Below are positions 1 through 13,722 of a DNA stretch of 64,000 nucleotides, in pieces (the first letter of the stretch is position 1; each line of letters begins with the position of its first letter). Source of the stretch: Octopus bimaculoides (taxonomy: Eukaryota); NCBI RefSeq assembly GCF_001194135.2, contig NC_068984.1:30810678-30874677 (forward strand), written 5' to 3'. A model generated the notes under the pieces. It ran no database searches and had not been told where the DNA came from. It worked only from the letters and a program-made list of their open reading frames with translations. Position numbers and translations under genes: made by a program.

Positions 1-262
1 AGATAATGCTCATGGGAACTGCCCATATCCTACGTAAAATACTGTCTATGTGATCTCAAATTTTAAAACAAACACATAATTTTCTTATGGTTTCTTAAAC
101 ATTCACTTGAACAAAACAGTACAAATCAAAATATATGGTACCCTAGGCATAACACCTACATGAACTTCTAACTTGTTGTCTCTTGAGGTCTCTGGGTGAG
201 ACTTGGATCCAACTTGTACAAATGCAAAACAAAAGTCAAACATAAAATAATAATAATAATAA
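1..262 (+). mobile_element. 3' end of R4/Dong-type (REL-endonuclease) LINE with (TAA)n tail
   Basis: 3-53 translates IMLMGTAHILRKILSM*, matching the LLGTA(R/H)ILRK C-terminus of REL-type LINEs; 3' UTR then (TAA)5 at 248-262. Confidence 0.75.
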
Positions 263-420
263 CATCGAAAAATACCTTAGGAATGAGAACCCAAGTTCGA
301 AATTTCTCCAAGACACCTGAAGAAGGCTGGAGGGTGTATCAGCTGAAACGTGTTAAAAACAAACAAGATGAGGACAAATATCCGTTGAATGTAAATAATG
401 TAAATAATGTACATAATGAA
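263..420 (+). mobile_element. Short Penelope-like terminal fragment carrying a degenerate hammerhead motif
   Basis: GACAC-CTGAAGA-A-GGCTG...CAGCT-GAAAC-GTGTT at 312-354; ends in GTAAATAAT repeats. Confidence 0.5.
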
Positions 421-874
421 CTTGAAAATTGATGAGCTGTCCAACCCAGGCCAGCATAGAAAATATGCATAAGATAATGTTAATGATATTGGTAATGATG
501 ATAACAATAATGATGTCAATGTCGACTATGATAGGCTGACAACCAAATGGATAAACAGACAGACAGACAGACAGATATTGCACTGAGGAAATGTACTGAA
601 TCACAATTACAATTCAGGTACATACACAGCACACATTTATCAGTTTACTATCAAAGGGATCCTAAGCATTACTTTTAATCTCATTGGTCAGTTTAATAAG
701 GATTTTCTATTATTGAATTAAGGACATCTATCATTTAAATAGTGGCATTAAATCCATACGACTGAGTTTGCTGAAGTTTATTAATTGATTTACTTAGTTA
801 AATATGTTTGTTAGTGGATGGTAACAAAGAAAATTAATGACATTGTATCGATGTTTTACTTTCTGAAAGAAAAT

Positions 875-988
875 GTGCACACACACACACATACATGCAT
901 GCACATACACACATACATATGTATATATCTCTATATCTATATTTATAAATGTGTGTTTGTGTGTGTGCTCATGTGTGAGTGTGTGTGC

Positions 989-1019
<31 letters not shown>

Positions 1020-1020
1020 G
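875..1020. repeat. (CA)n/(TA)n/(TG)n microsatellite cluster
   Basis: direct reading; explains ORFs 794-1048 and 818-1045. Confidence 0.95.
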
Positions 1021-2871
1021 ACTGATGGTTCAGAACTCTGTGTGACATTAGCTGTCATTTAATCAACGACACACATGCTATTCAAATCTTAACTTGGTTG
1101 ATTTAATGACCTGAAGAACTAACCAATGATACTATATCTATAAATCTGTTGAATATTTTTTTAACATTTTACTAATTTGTACATCCACTTCTTGCTTATT
1201 CTAGCTGAGATTCACTGGCTTATTGCACTGCTATTTATTTTAGATTTGACAGCTCTTTCTGTTGTTAACTTATTAATTGTTACAAAAGAATATGCTTGAG
1301 GCTTAGTCAGTAAATTAACAAGCAATGTTATGTAATTGCTCAGATGCACAACACATCGACTTTAGAATATTCTGAACTTACAACATAATCAGTAGTCTTG
1401 GAGCTTATAGTTCTGTTACTTTTAAACATTATTTATCATTAATCTTTTATTCTCTCATTCTTCCACTGATTTCAGTTACCTGACTGCAGCTATGCAGGTG
1501 TATTGTACTTAATGATTTTATTCTAGTCATTACAAAATCACAGAAAGCAGTCGGAAAAAACTTTTTATACCCTAATATTTCCAGTGAAAATACCCTTTTA
1601 CATGAAATATGAGCAAGAGAATGTGCTCAGATTTGTGGCAGTTGCAAATTTGTATGAAGTGGTTTAATCTGGCAGACAACCTTTATCTGAATCTCTGATA
1701 GTTGGAATAACTTTTGACGTTAAATATTTTTCATCTGGAGTTAACAAAACAGTATATGTACTTGGAAGCATCTTCTCTCAGTGAAAATTTTCCAATGAAA
1801 TATTTTGTTCAACTATCCTTCTTCAATATATTCCTATGTATGTTAAAAAGGGAAAAATAACTACACTTCAAAATAATTCTAATCATCGTATTGTTTTACC
1901 ATTCAATTTTCCATGCTAGCATGGATTAGATGAGTATATTACTGAAGCATTGTTTTTATAGCCAGAAGCTCTTCCTAAGGGTTCCATTATTGACATGTTT
2001 TTGAATTTGCAATAGATGACCTATTGATAACGAAAATATCAGTACTCACTAAATTTCTGAGAAGTGCAAATGTGAACAAACACATGGATACACATGTACT
2101 TTTACTCTCATCAAAACTTACATGCATATATAAACACACACATGCAAATATGTGTGTGTGAGAGAGAGAGTGTGTGTGTGTGTGTGTAATAATAATGACA
2201 AAAAATGTAAGTCAGAAGATGATTTAACAGATTCAGTAGTGGTCTACTTATTATTATAAGGAAAATCCTAATATTTGTAACTTATATTTCATATAAATAG
2301 ACAAAGCTATAAGATATGAATGAACAAACTAGGAATACAAAAGACTGAGGATTTTGTAAAAATAAAAGCAATAAAAGCATTATTGTACATAGATGAAATA
2401 TAAATATAATATACCTTTCTATTTTCCAGTTTAGTTTCTCAGAAATGGTTAAAATGATGTAATAGAAGTTATTCATAAAAACTATGATGCTTTGGGCTAG
2501 CTGATAGATTAATATATCTGATTATTGGCACAGAGGTCATGAAATCAAATCTTGCAGCTACCAAGGAATTGTAAATTGAGGCGAGACAAGTTTCTTTCTT
2601 ATGTCCAACTATTTGATGATTGAGTGTTAGACTGCTATTGGGTACAGCATTTTACTGGAGAATGCTTGTTCCAAATAGACATGAAAGTATTGAAATATAC
2701 AATATATCCTAACCTATGTTACCCCAAAGGAACAGATGATCGTTAAAAAACTACATAAAATACTGAAATGATTATTCCATATTATGGAAGACATCAATAA
2801 CTCATGCTTACTTTGAAATGATTTATTGTAACAATTGTTAACCTCTGTACTCTTTTTCCTGGTTTAAATAG

Positions 2872-2959
2872 GATGAGGGAGGATTTGTCTTCTCTAGGAG
2901 ACAAGATATTAGAATATCTCCAGTTTGTTTTTCAGAAAGGATGTTTATTATGTTTCCAT
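2872..2959 (+). CDS. Candidate internal exon, unknown gene (MREDLSSLGDKILEYLQFVFQKGCLLCFH)
   Basis: acceptor ctctttttcctggtttaaatAG, donor CAT|GTTAGT, open frame; no homology recognised. Confidence 0.2.
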
Positions 2960-3420
2960 GTTAGTGCACTGAGATAAATATCTTAAAGCCTGTACTCAAG
3001 GGGAAAATGTAATATCTGTTTTAAATGACAATTCAAGAATCTTCTAGCTTAGCAAAGTAGTTTCTCTCAACTAGCAGGCTGCTAAAGGAACTACTGCCAT
3101 CTTAAAGATCTTACTTTGTCACTAAGGAATTTCAAGTTTGACCTTACAGTGTGGAAACTAAGGCAAGTATCTTCTACTGCACAATTGAATCAGCCAGACC
3201 TTTGTGAGTAAAATTTGCAAGAAAAATACTGTGTAAAAACCCATCACAGAGGTTATTTCTGTTTTTGAGAGGCAAACTTAATGTATTGCTTACTTTAATA
3301 TTGTCAACTAGCCCTTTTTTGTATCCCAGCTATGTTTCTGGTTTTAGAAATACTTCTGCTCTTCATCTTACCAATCTTGGAGTTCCAGATGTGGGTCATG
3401 AGTGTTGCCCTTTTTTCTTC

Positions 3421-3815
3421 GGAGTGGCTGTGTGGTAAGTAGCTTGCATACCAACTACATGGTTCCGGGTTCAGTCCCACTGCGTGGCACCTTGGGCAAG
3501 TATCTTCTACTATAGCTTTGGGCTGACCAAAGCTTTGTGAGTGGATTTGGTAGACGGAAACTGAAAGAAGCCCGTCGTATATATGTATATGTATATATAC
3601 GTGTGTGTGTGTTTGTATGTTTGTGTTTGTTCCTCCAGCATCGCTTGACAACCGATGCTGGTGTGTTTACGTCCCTTTAACCTAGCAGTTCAGCAAAAGA
3701 GACTGATAGAATAAGTACTAGGATTACAAAGAATTAGTCCTGGGGTTGATTTTCTTGACTAAAGGCGATGCTCCATCATGGCCACAGTCAAATGACTGAA
3801 ACAAGTAAAAGAGTA
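3421..3815 (+). mobile_element. tRNA-derived SINE, family A
   Basis: head tggctgtgtggtaag...ggttcagtccc (A/B-box-like); about 10 related copies in window; internal (TA)/(TG) tract. Confidence 0.9.
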
Positions 3816-3899
3816 AGTAATATTTTCCCATAATTGCTTATCAGTTACCTTACCCAGTTGCAGCTACCTTTTGAATTTAACTTCATACTTGTATTTGTA

Positions 3900-4225
3900 G
3901 TTGTGAAGGTATGTGGCTTAGCTGTTATGGTAGTTAACTCATGATCTTAATGCCAAGAGTTCAATATCCAGCAGTGCATTGCAAACTTGAGCAAGGCACT
4001 TTACTTCATATTGCTCCAGTCCATTCAGATGGCAAAAATGAGTAGTACCTGTATTTCAAAGGGCCAGCCATGTGACATTCTGTGTAATACTGAATCTCCC
4101 TGTGAACTACACTGAGAGTATGTGTCTGGATTGCTCAGCTACTTGCATGTTAATTTCATGAGCAAGTTGATCCATTGATCAGATCAACTGGAACACTCCT
4201 TGTCATAACCAATGGAGTGCCAGTT
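3900..4225 (+). mobile_element. tRNA-derived SINE, family D
   Basis: B-box-like gagttcaat; 3' half is the reverse complement of the copy at 15785-16170. Confidence 0.75.
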
Positions 4226-4349
4226 AATAAAACAGATGCCATAGTCAGATTGAGGCTAGCAAGCTGAAACTTTGAAGTCACTTTCACCCCTCTTCTTACA
4301 AAAGCTTAATAGACATGTGCTCTGCAAAATATAATTTAATTCATTATTG

Positions 4350-4552
4350 CCCACAAGGGACAAACGAGGACAGACAAAGGGACTAAGTCGATTACATCAA
4401 CCCCAGTACATAAGCGATACTTATTTAATCGACTCCAAAAGGATGAAAGGCAAAGTCGACCTCAGCGGAATTTGAACTTAGAACATAGTGGCAGACAAAA
4501 TACCACTAAGCATTTCACACGGTGTGCTAATGATTCTACCAGCTCGCTGCCT
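4350..4552 (-). mobile_element. tRNA-derived SINE, family B
   Basis: reverse complement of 10759-10975 family (gagttcaaattcc B box; tttgcctttcatccttt). Confidence 0.85.
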
Positions 4553-4676
4553 TCTACAAAATAATATTGAGTAATTCATAAGGTTAATGTTAAATTGCTT
4601 TTATTATAACTTGACATAAAAACCAATATTAATATACATGCATACATACATAAATACACATATATATATATATATG

Positions 4677-4707
<31 letters not shown>

Positions 4708-5039
4708 NNNNNNNNNNNNNNNNNNNNNNNNNNNNNNNNNNNNNNNNNNNNNNNNNNNNNNNNNNNNNNNNNNNNNNNNNNNNNNNNNNNNNNNNNNNNN
4801 NNNNNNNNNNNNNNNNNNNNNNNNNNNNNNNNNNNNNNNNNNNNNNNNNNNNNNNNNNNNNNNNNNNNNNNNNNNNNNNNNNNNNNNNNNNNNNNNNNNN
4901 NNNNNNNNNNNNNNNNNNNNNNNNNNNNNNNNNNNNNNNNNNNNNNNNNNNNNNNNNNNNNNNNNNNNNNNNNNNNNNNNNNNNNNNNNNNNNNNNNNNN
5001 NNNNNNNNNNNNNNNNNNNNNNNNNNNNNNNNNNNNNNN
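4708..5039. other. Assembly gap
   Basis: N run flanked by (TA)n; other gaps at 25325-25488, 33613-34230, 38959-39198, 57664-58586, 61222-61333. Confidence 1.
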
Positions 5040-5074
<35 letters not shown>

Positions 5075-5789
5075 TTAGATATTTATATATATAAACACAC
5101 ATACACATACACACACTTCTATATATACACATAAATTTTGCATTTTAGATGTATTGCTGCCAGTTTTTTTTTGTTTTTTCACACGATTTTTTTTTTAAAA
5201 ACATTTCTATTTTCAGTCCATGCCATCAAGGACTTTACCGTTGTTCAGAGGAATTTCCTTCATTCACTTTGATAAACGTTCGTATTATTATGCTTATATT
5301 CTTCACAACTGTTGTTTCCATTGTGGGAAAAAACTTTATTTACATGATTTTTTCTTCACCTAATGTTGCATTTTTTTTATCAATCATATTTTTCCCTTTC
5401 ATTCCCCAGCAACATTCTTTTTGTGACTATAGATCTGTTTTGTTAATTGAGGATGAAAATATATTATTGGCATATGCCTAATTATTTTGAAAGTCCAATT
5501 TTTAAGTGCCTGTGACACTACCACAATATTTAGTGTATATATTTGGTATGTATGCATGTATATATATATGTGTGTGTATGTATATATATATATATGCATA
5601 CATACACACACACATACACATGCACGCACACACACGCACACATACATATATATATTATATATACACATGAATCTTTGTGAGTGTGTGCCTGTGTAATATA
5701 CATACATTTATATATGTATATGCATATACATTTATATACACACACTAACATTCCTTTTATTAATGGCCTTCACTGATAAAAAGCAATGC

Positions 5790-5855
<66 letters not shown>

Positions 5856-5948
5856 AAGAAGAAGAAGAAGAAGAAGAAGAAGAAGAAGAAGAAGAAGAAG
5901 AAGAAGAAGAAGAAGAAGAAGAAGAAGAAGAAGAAGAAGAAGAAGAAG

Positions 5949-5978
<30 letters not shown>
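5790..5978. repeat. Compound (AAT)n(AAG)n microsatellite
   Basis: AAT run then about 51 AAG units (5826-5978). Confidence 0.98.
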
Positions 5979-5980
<2 letters not shown>

Positions 5981-6399
5981 GACTTTTCACCAAATAACAC
6001 AACATTCTTTACAATATAGATCTCGGTACATTTTCTGAAATCCTTTTGCTTTAATTATTTTCGTCTAATTTTTTTTTTTCTTCTTGCATTCATTTTTTTT
6101 TCTTGTGCAATGTGAGTTCATGTTGGTGCAGATTAATTTGTTTGTGAAGATCACTATTATACTCTTGCCTATAAGATTCAGCAGCTTCTGCACATAGACA
6201 CTCACACATTTCTTTGTCCTGTCTCATTTCATTTCTACCTCTGTATCACTCCCTAAATTATAAAACTCACTGGTACATACATCTATATAGATAAGTATTT
6301 GGAATATCTTGCTTTGCGTATGTGTCCATGCATGTGCGTATACTAATATATATAAGTACTTGTTCGGAGACGCATCCATAAACTTAAACAGAAATGAAT

Positions 6400-6715
6400 A
6401 ATTTGAGTATATAGGCATTGGCTATAAAGGCATTGCTTTGCTTTTGACTTTGTGTCCATGATATCCCAAAGATGCTCCAATAGATATACCCTCATTTGAG
6501 CAATGCTTTGTGTGTGGAACCAGATGAGCTGAAACATCTGACACTGAATCACCTCCTCCAACACTCCCTCTGTTATAGCAAGACACCTGTTTCTGCTTCT
6601 CTGTCTCTTGGTTACACTCTAACCTTTCATCCTCTGACACAGGCTCCCTCCTCATATGCCCCTGCCTCTCTCAAATTCCTTGTCTTGCAAGTTAGTTGGA
6701 GATCTGCCAGTACTG
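6400..6715. mobile_element. Unclassified interspersed repeat
   Basis: recalled as a common octopod repeat; no second copy seen in window. Confidence 0.35.
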
Positions 6716-6950
6716 GTGCCATGTAAAAAGCATCCACTTCACACTGTAAAGAGGTTGGCATTTGTCATCCAGCTGTAAAAATCATGCCAAAATTAACCTC
6801 ACTTGTGCTAGTGCCATGTAAAAAGCACTGAATCCACTCTGCAGAGTGGTTGGTGTTAGGAAGGACATCGAGCCATAAAAAACCTGGGGTAGTCTTCTAC
6901 CTGGCCAGCCCCTATCAACCATCCTTTCGATGCATGCATGGAAGACAGAC
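6710..6950 (+). mobile_element. RTE-LINE 3'-tail copy (family C)
   Basis: shares gcatgtaaaaagcac / gagtggttggtgttaggaagg with 9140-9585 and the LINE end at about 48990. Confidence 0.75.
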
Positions 6951-7744
6951 ATTATATATATATACATATATATAACTTGAGTAAAAATAAGCTAAGGAAA
7001 ATAATGTAGAGTGACCAGTAACATGTATTTGAACAACTTAGACTAATACAGATATATCAAATACGATGCAACATAAATTTTTGATTTATGAAAATTCTGT
7101 CTCTAGAGAATGTACCTTTGACCCCCCCCCCTCCTTCAGTCATGAATGACCATGGAGTTGCACCTAGAGAGTTCCCAGCCAAGGCACAAGTCTGGGCAAG
7201 GTTGTTTATGGAAAGCCAGCAGTTGCCCATGCATACCAGCCTACTCTCTCCACACCACTGATGCTATCAAAGGGAAAGGGAGAGGTCAATACAGCTTGGA
7301 ACCAGTAACATTGCAACTCATTTCTACAGCTGAGTGAACGGGGAAACTGATATGATGACTCTATACTAATAATAAGTGACAAGTTTATAATAAAATATTT
7401 TTCATTCTGTGGCTGTATAAAAAACCAGTTTCATGTATCATGTAGCCCATATTACATTATTTGAAGTAATCTTATAGTTTTAGTATCATTATTTTATTGA
7501 CGGCTTTGTGTGATTTAAGGAACATTTTGCTGCTATTTCCAGCTGTTAAAATGATGTCATAAAAAGTCTCTTAATAAATTGCTATGGATACTGTTGACTG
7601 AGTTTGTCCTTTTCATTTAAGTGCACCATTTGATCATCATTGCAATATCCATCTTTCAATTTTCAGTCTATTTGGAATCTGTCAGCCACAATTTTATGCC
7701 TAGGAAGCCACTAAATCTCTCTCAATAAATCACTCAATCTCACT

Positions 7745-8797
7745 GCAATCTTTAAATAATGCAGTTTTTTCAATTGCATGAACTAAAAGTCAGAGGAACA
7801 GAAAGTGCAAGGAATATTAATGCAATGTATGGGGATCGCACAATAAGTATATGCCAATATCAGCGGTTGTTCCAGAAATTCCAAACTGGAAATTACAGCC
7901 TAGACAATGGACTTTGTCCTGGAAGATCTGTAGACCTCAATGAGGATGTCCTGCAAACCTTGGTGGAACAAAATTCAGTCATAACTGTCGAGGAACTAGC
8001 AGAGAAGCTTGGTTTTGGTTATTCAACCATTAATCAACATTGCGTGCCATCGGAAAAGTCTGCAAATTGGATCAATGGGTTCATCACAAACTTTCCAAAT
8101 CTAATCACATGTAGAGAGTGAACGTGTGCTCTTTGTTGCTGTCACATCTCACGAGTGAACTTTTTTTTGACTGAATAGTGACTGGTGTCAAGAAAAGGGT
8201 TTGCTATAAAAATGTCAAGCACTGTAGACAGTGGGTAGGAAAAGAGAAACAGTGGCACTCCAGGCTAAAGAAGGTTTTCACCTATGTAAGGTGCTGTTAT
8301 CTGTTTGGTGGGATGTGAAAGGCTTAGTCCACTTTGAACTTTTAAACCCAAACCAAACTCAGCCACATGCAGTGAGGATGACATTTCAAAGGCTGGAGAA
8401 GTTTGAATGGGAAACGATGTCCCACCCATCATGTTCAGCAGACATTGTCCCACCTGATTATTATTTATTCCACAGTCTTCAAAATCATTTTGACAGAAAA
8501 AATACAAATTTTTTTGATGAGGCCAGAACAGTACTAGAGGAATATTATTTTGTCGCAGACAAGTGAATTTTGGAAGAGGGGCCTTGCAAGTCAACCAGAC
8601 AGATTGAAGAACATTGTAGAAAATTGAATTACATGCATAAATAAATAAAAAATGAGAGTATATTTTATATTAAAAATTACATGAAAAAATGAAAAAATTG
8701 ATAATATAGTTTAGATTAAAAACGAACTTTGTTTATCTTAATTTTCGAAAATAACAGAAGTATACAAAAACCACATTATTTATAGGGTGACCCAATA
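7745..8797 (+). mobile_element. Mariner transposon, degenerate and internally deleted
   Basis: ESARNINAMYG (HTH), EELAEKLGFG, IVTG, KVLLSVWWD..G..HFELL, HP..SADIVP.DYYLF.SLQN; TIR remnants ctttaaataatgcagttttt (7750-7769) vs 3' aaaaaccacattatttatag...cccaa+TA. Confidence 0.9.
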
Positions 8798-9139
8798 GTT
8801 TATATAAAGATGTTACAACTAGTCTTAAGTCTGTATGCTCATTATTCTGGAGTTTATCCTAATTAATAAGGCACATAACTGATTGAAAGTGAAAGACTTC
8901 CCTGAACCAGTCTATCACAGGGTTAAACTGAAAGTTTTGCTGCTTTTAGCAATCAGTTTTAATTAAAATGATTGCAGTAACATTATAAAAATGAAGGCCC
9001 ATTCTTTCAAGACAATATGAAGCTTTAAGTTTGGTATTGATATAATCATCACTGAGCTTTAAACATCAAGATGATATCACACCTCTGGACTTAACATAAT
9101 ATTTTGAACTCTAACTGCATAGAAGACATAAAAAGAAAG

Positions 9140-9585
9140 TCAAAAAATAAAGAAAACTCGAGCTCTCTGGTTATTGTGCTTGCGTTTTTCCATGTTTGGG
9201 AAAACCTGTCAAGCCAGGTGAAATTGTAGTCATGACTGATGCCAGTGTCACGTACAGAGCATCTGTGTAGGTGGCATGTAAAAAGCACCCTTCAAACTTT
9301 GGGCCTCACCGAGGCAGTGACAAGTGACCAAGACATTTGGCAGTATACTGTGCTTGAGAAGACCTGTCAAGCCAAATGAGATCGTAGTCATGGCCAAGGC
9401 CAGTGTTTTGTAACTGGCATCCATGTTGAAGGCATGTAAAAAGCACACACTACACTCTTGGAGTGGTTGGTGTTAGGAAGGACATGTAGAAACCATGCCA
9501 AATCAGATTTAAACCCGGTGCAGCTCCCCGCCTTACCCATGCCAGCATGGAAAACAGACGTTAAATGATGATGATGATGATGATT
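9140..9585 (+). mobile_element. RTE-LINE 3' end with (TGA)n tail (family C)
   Basis: matches 48870-49066 LINE 3' end; ends cagacgttaaa(tga)n; internal duplication about 9200-9255 vs 9356-9420. Confidence 0.85.
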
Positions 9586-9716
9586 GTATTCAAAACTCAA
9601 ATGATTTTATTTGGTTCACCGGCTTCGGTTGAACTTTGTCGTTAATAGAAGATAATTATCTGAGATTATTGTCTGCTATTTTATGTACACTCCTCATTGT
9701 GACAATATAATTTCAG

Positions 9717-9801
9717 GATGAATATTTAAATGAAATTATGGCTTCATGCTATATGTCTAATACATGCACCAATGAATTAAATTCAATAATCGTGTATGTA
9801 G
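9717..9801 (+). CDS. Candidate internal exon (DEYLNEIMASCYMSNTCTNELNSIIVYV)
   Basis: acceptor tttcAG, consensus donor AG|GTAAGT, one open frame (phase 0 to 1). Confidence 0.3.
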
Positions 9802-10758
9802 GTAAGTTTTTCATTTATTTGTTTGGAATCAAGCACAAGTTATTGCCCTTAAGAAAAAACCTCAGATGACATTTAATATGTTCTTGAAAAACTCTGATTT
9901 ATTCTGATTACTTCTAAGATTGTATTTAGATATTGCTATCGCATTTGAAGTAAAGTAAACAGTTTATCAAGCATGAGTGTCCCAGAAGTGATGATGTCAC
10001 AAATGAGAGAACAGAAGAGGACCTCAGATTTGTTGATTACCACATTGATATCTAAAGGTCTCAGTTACATTTACATTTATATTGTTTATTTGAGAATATA
10101 TGAGGCCCCATTGTGTTAGTGAGAAGAACTCATGATCAAAAGCTTGTGGATTTGATTCCTGGTCCAAGTGGCATGTTGTGTTCTGGGCAAATGTGTTACA
10201 TTTCACATTGCTCCAGTCTAGTTAGTTAAGCATTTGTACCAGTCTAGTGATGATGCAGTTCTTTCTCGCCTCACCTGTCACCTCCTCAATGTTCCACTGA
10301 ATCAAGGAATGGGAAGATCAAAGAAATGTCTGTTGACTCCCGACGACATATGTACCTGAAACAATTAGCGAACGCATGGCACATACTATCTGGGCATATT
10401 CACTTGCAAGTAATGGTTACTGTTTTTAAGTTCTTTTTTTCTTGCCTATTTATTTACATAAAAGTAAGCACAAACCCACATCAACTCAATCTAACTATAA
10501 TCATGTCATCATTTTAAACTGGAGACTACATTTCATATAACATTGTTCTGAAATGATTGAGGTGTCATCTTGGAAGTACCATATACAGTGGCTACTCTAG
10601 ATATGTAAGTATAGAGTTGTCACTCTAGTACACTTTAGCTTTATGTTACTAACAATTAAAGCTTACGAGTATAAATGCCAAGTCATAAGTTATTTATTGT
10701 TGAAGTGTTTCTGCATATTAGGATGGTGGTTTAAGCTTATTATTCACTCATTATTTTA

Positions 10759-10975
10759 AGGTGGCGAGCTGGCAGAAACGTTAGCATGCCAAGCAAAATG
10801 TTTAGTGATATTTCGTCTATCTTTATGTACTGAGTTCAAATTCCACTAAATCAGCTTTACCTTTCATCTTTTCAGGGTTGATAAATTAAGAATCAGTTGT
10901 ATACTGGGGTCAATCTGATCGATTGCCCCCCCCCTCCCCACAAATTTCAGGCCTTGTTCCTAGAGTATAAAACAT
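10759..10975 (+). mobile_element. tRNA-derived SINE, family B
   Basis: ggtggcgagctggcagaaacgttagc head, gagttcaaattcc B box; about 8 copies in window. Confidence 0.9.
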
Positions 10976-12347
10976 TATTTTTACGATGTTAAAATTTTGA
11001 AATGGATTGTTTGGCAAAAAGACACTTCTTGTTGATCAAGTGGAAGGTCAGCTCAGAGCATTTCCTGGTTCTCCCTGACTGGGGGATTTGGCCAGCTGTG
11101 TTAAATTGATAATCTTAATATCTAATTTTTAATATTTGGAATTATTTAGATACAGGAAAACATAAACCTGTTGAGTTTCTAGAGAGATACAAATTTGATG
11201 GAAATAATTCGATAAATACTTAAGATGCAGACACAGGGATAGAATGAAATAAGTCAGGTGAAATGATTCAGCTTTTGTAGAGAAAACATACAATCAGTAA
11301 GTTTTGAAAAGCAAAATCTATTCTAATAGTAATAGAGAAAGCAGAGAAAATACAGTTTGATATTGAATAAGTGGTTTGACTGTATTTGTGAGTCACAGTT
11401 TATTTATCAAAAGAAATGCGAGCCTTTTGAATCTCTTGTAAAATTCTTTGTGTCTCACTGCTTTGTTGACGACTTATGGAACTTGAAGATTTGATGTTTG
11501 CTAATGTACGGTTTGCCTGAAGTCATTCTATTGTCAGATCAATGTAAAGATCCATAAGAGTTAAAAATAAATTGCATGGAATTAAATTGTATTTAACACT
11601 GAATCATGGAGAAAATAAATTAAGCACTACAAGCAGAAAACAAAAAAGAAAATTTAAAATAAATCTCAAGCAATTACTTACAAATATTGATACATAATTA
11701 AGCAGAAATCTGAAAATAATTGGTTTTCAAATGTCATAAAAGAACACTAATTCTTAATATACATCATAAATTGCTGCCATGATTTGCTCAAAAATCCAAT
11801 AATAACTATTAAAAACATACAAACAAAAAACAAAAAAATGGAAATCAAATCAAATATAAAAGAATGAAATTCATAGCTAAACAAAATGCAAAAACAAAGA
11901 AATCTCTTCTGAATTTCTACAGCTTTTCATGGTTCAAAAACTATTCATTTCATTTCCTCTGCAATTTTTATTTTTTTATAATATGATATTTCCCTTTATC
12001 ATAAACCAATTCTGCTCAGTACATTGCACAATTAGTTAATTATCAGTGAAATCAAATTACACAAAATAGAGTGATGCTTATTGAATTACAAACCGGAGAA
12101 TCTTCCACTGTTTTAACTGGAGAGCTTCTTTTTAGTTTAGAGGACCAGAGCTTTTCTCAGTTTCGCCAAACCAATTTTGAAAAGCTTTTTTGCATAAACA
12201 ACAAGTCAAAATCAATATGGACATCTATGTATTTTGGAACGTGTGTGTGTAAACATGGATGAGTGGGTATATGTGCATGAAGCAATGAGTGTAGAAATGC
12301 AAGGAATATATATGAATTTTTGTATGTGGATGTGAATTTGTATATCT

Positions 12348-12722
12348 TTTATCTTTTAAATCATACTTGTTTTAGATATTGGACTTTGGCCATGCTGGAA
12401 CATCACATGAAAATGTTAGGTCAAATAAATCGATGCCAGTGTTTATTTCAAGTCTGGTACTTATTCTATCATTGTCTTTTACTGAACCACCAAGTTGCAG
12501 GAATATGGTATGCAAATACTTGCTGGTTGTTAACGAATGGTGGGGGACAAGCACAAAGACACACACATATATACAATGGGCTTCCACATAGTTTCTGCTT
12601 ACCAAGTTCACTCACACAGCCTTGGTCAACCTGAAGCTATAGTAGAAGACACCTGCTCAAAGTGCCATGCAGTGTGACTGAACATGGGACCATGTGATTA
12701 CAAAGTGAGCTTATTAACCACA
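12348..12722 (-). mobile_element. SINE family A
   Basis: reverse complement of 3421-3815. Confidence 0.85.
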
Positions 12723-12744
12723 TCAACAAATCTATCATCATCAT

Positions 12745-13715
12745 TTTAAAACCATCTTTTAATATCCCAGTTTGATTTAGATGAGTTTTCTTTTGTATAG
12801 CATCTTATCAGTTCGTATGATACTTTTCAATCTCTTTTGTAAGTTTCCAAATTCTGAGATCATATTTCATCACTCCTCCTCAACTCTTCCTTCTTTGCTA
12901 TCTTCTAATTTATTTACACATTATTAACTATCACCTTCCTCATATGCTTCATATGTCTATTCCAGCTCAGTTTTCTCTCTTTTCACCCAACATTTCTTTA
13001 CTTTACCCAGTTTTTCTCTCAGCTAATTCTACATCATTATTGATGCACAATAACATAACCATCCAGTTGAGATAGCTCACCTGAATATTTTCAGTCCTTC
13101 ACACATCCTCTGCATGCGTTCAGTTCCCATATTTTGCTGCCTTGCTACATTTTCTTCTATACCTAAGCATTAAGCAATCAGCCCTTCACTTGCACAGAGA
13201 GTCCCTCTACTGCCAACAGAAATCGTAGCTTTCTTATCTTTTCCAGCCATTACTGTCACTAACGACAGTCCTCTTGAAACACACTTCTCCACTGCTAATT
13301 AGTTCATCTAGTTAGCAGGAACTGTCAACAACTTCCAGTGAACTCACTAGAGAACTCATTAAGAGTACTCACATGTGATAAAGTTTATTTCATGTATGTT
13401 TTACTGATAACTACTCCTAGGTATTTGAAGCCCTCAATCACTGTCAGCATACATGTGATCCCTCTGCACAACTTGTGCACAATCAGTAGGTTATATGGGA
13501 TTCCTATATATCCATTTCTTGCATAACAAGCTTGGTCAGTTACCAGGAGGTGGTAGAGTCTTAACTTCTTTACTGAAAATAAAAACTTTTGTCTTTGATA
13601 GGTTTAATTTAAGTGTTTACAATTTTAGGTCTTGCTTCTACATCTGGAAATTTTCACTATTTCTTTAGCTAGATCTTCAGCATAGATGTTTCTATTCACA
13701 ACCAATCTTAAACAT
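12745..13715 (-). mobile_element. RTE-clade LINE fragment (RT C-terminal part), heavily decayed
   Basis: minus-strand remnants IYAEDL, LSKTKVF, PG-W-LLCKK, FKYLG, SLEVVDS, GWKK; same family as 47620-49066. Confidence 0.7.
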
Positions 13716-13722
13716 TCATCTA

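Noticed and set aside
3421-3500. tRNA gene or Pol III RNA gene
   Set aside because: A/B boxes belong to SINE heads; no cloverleaf.
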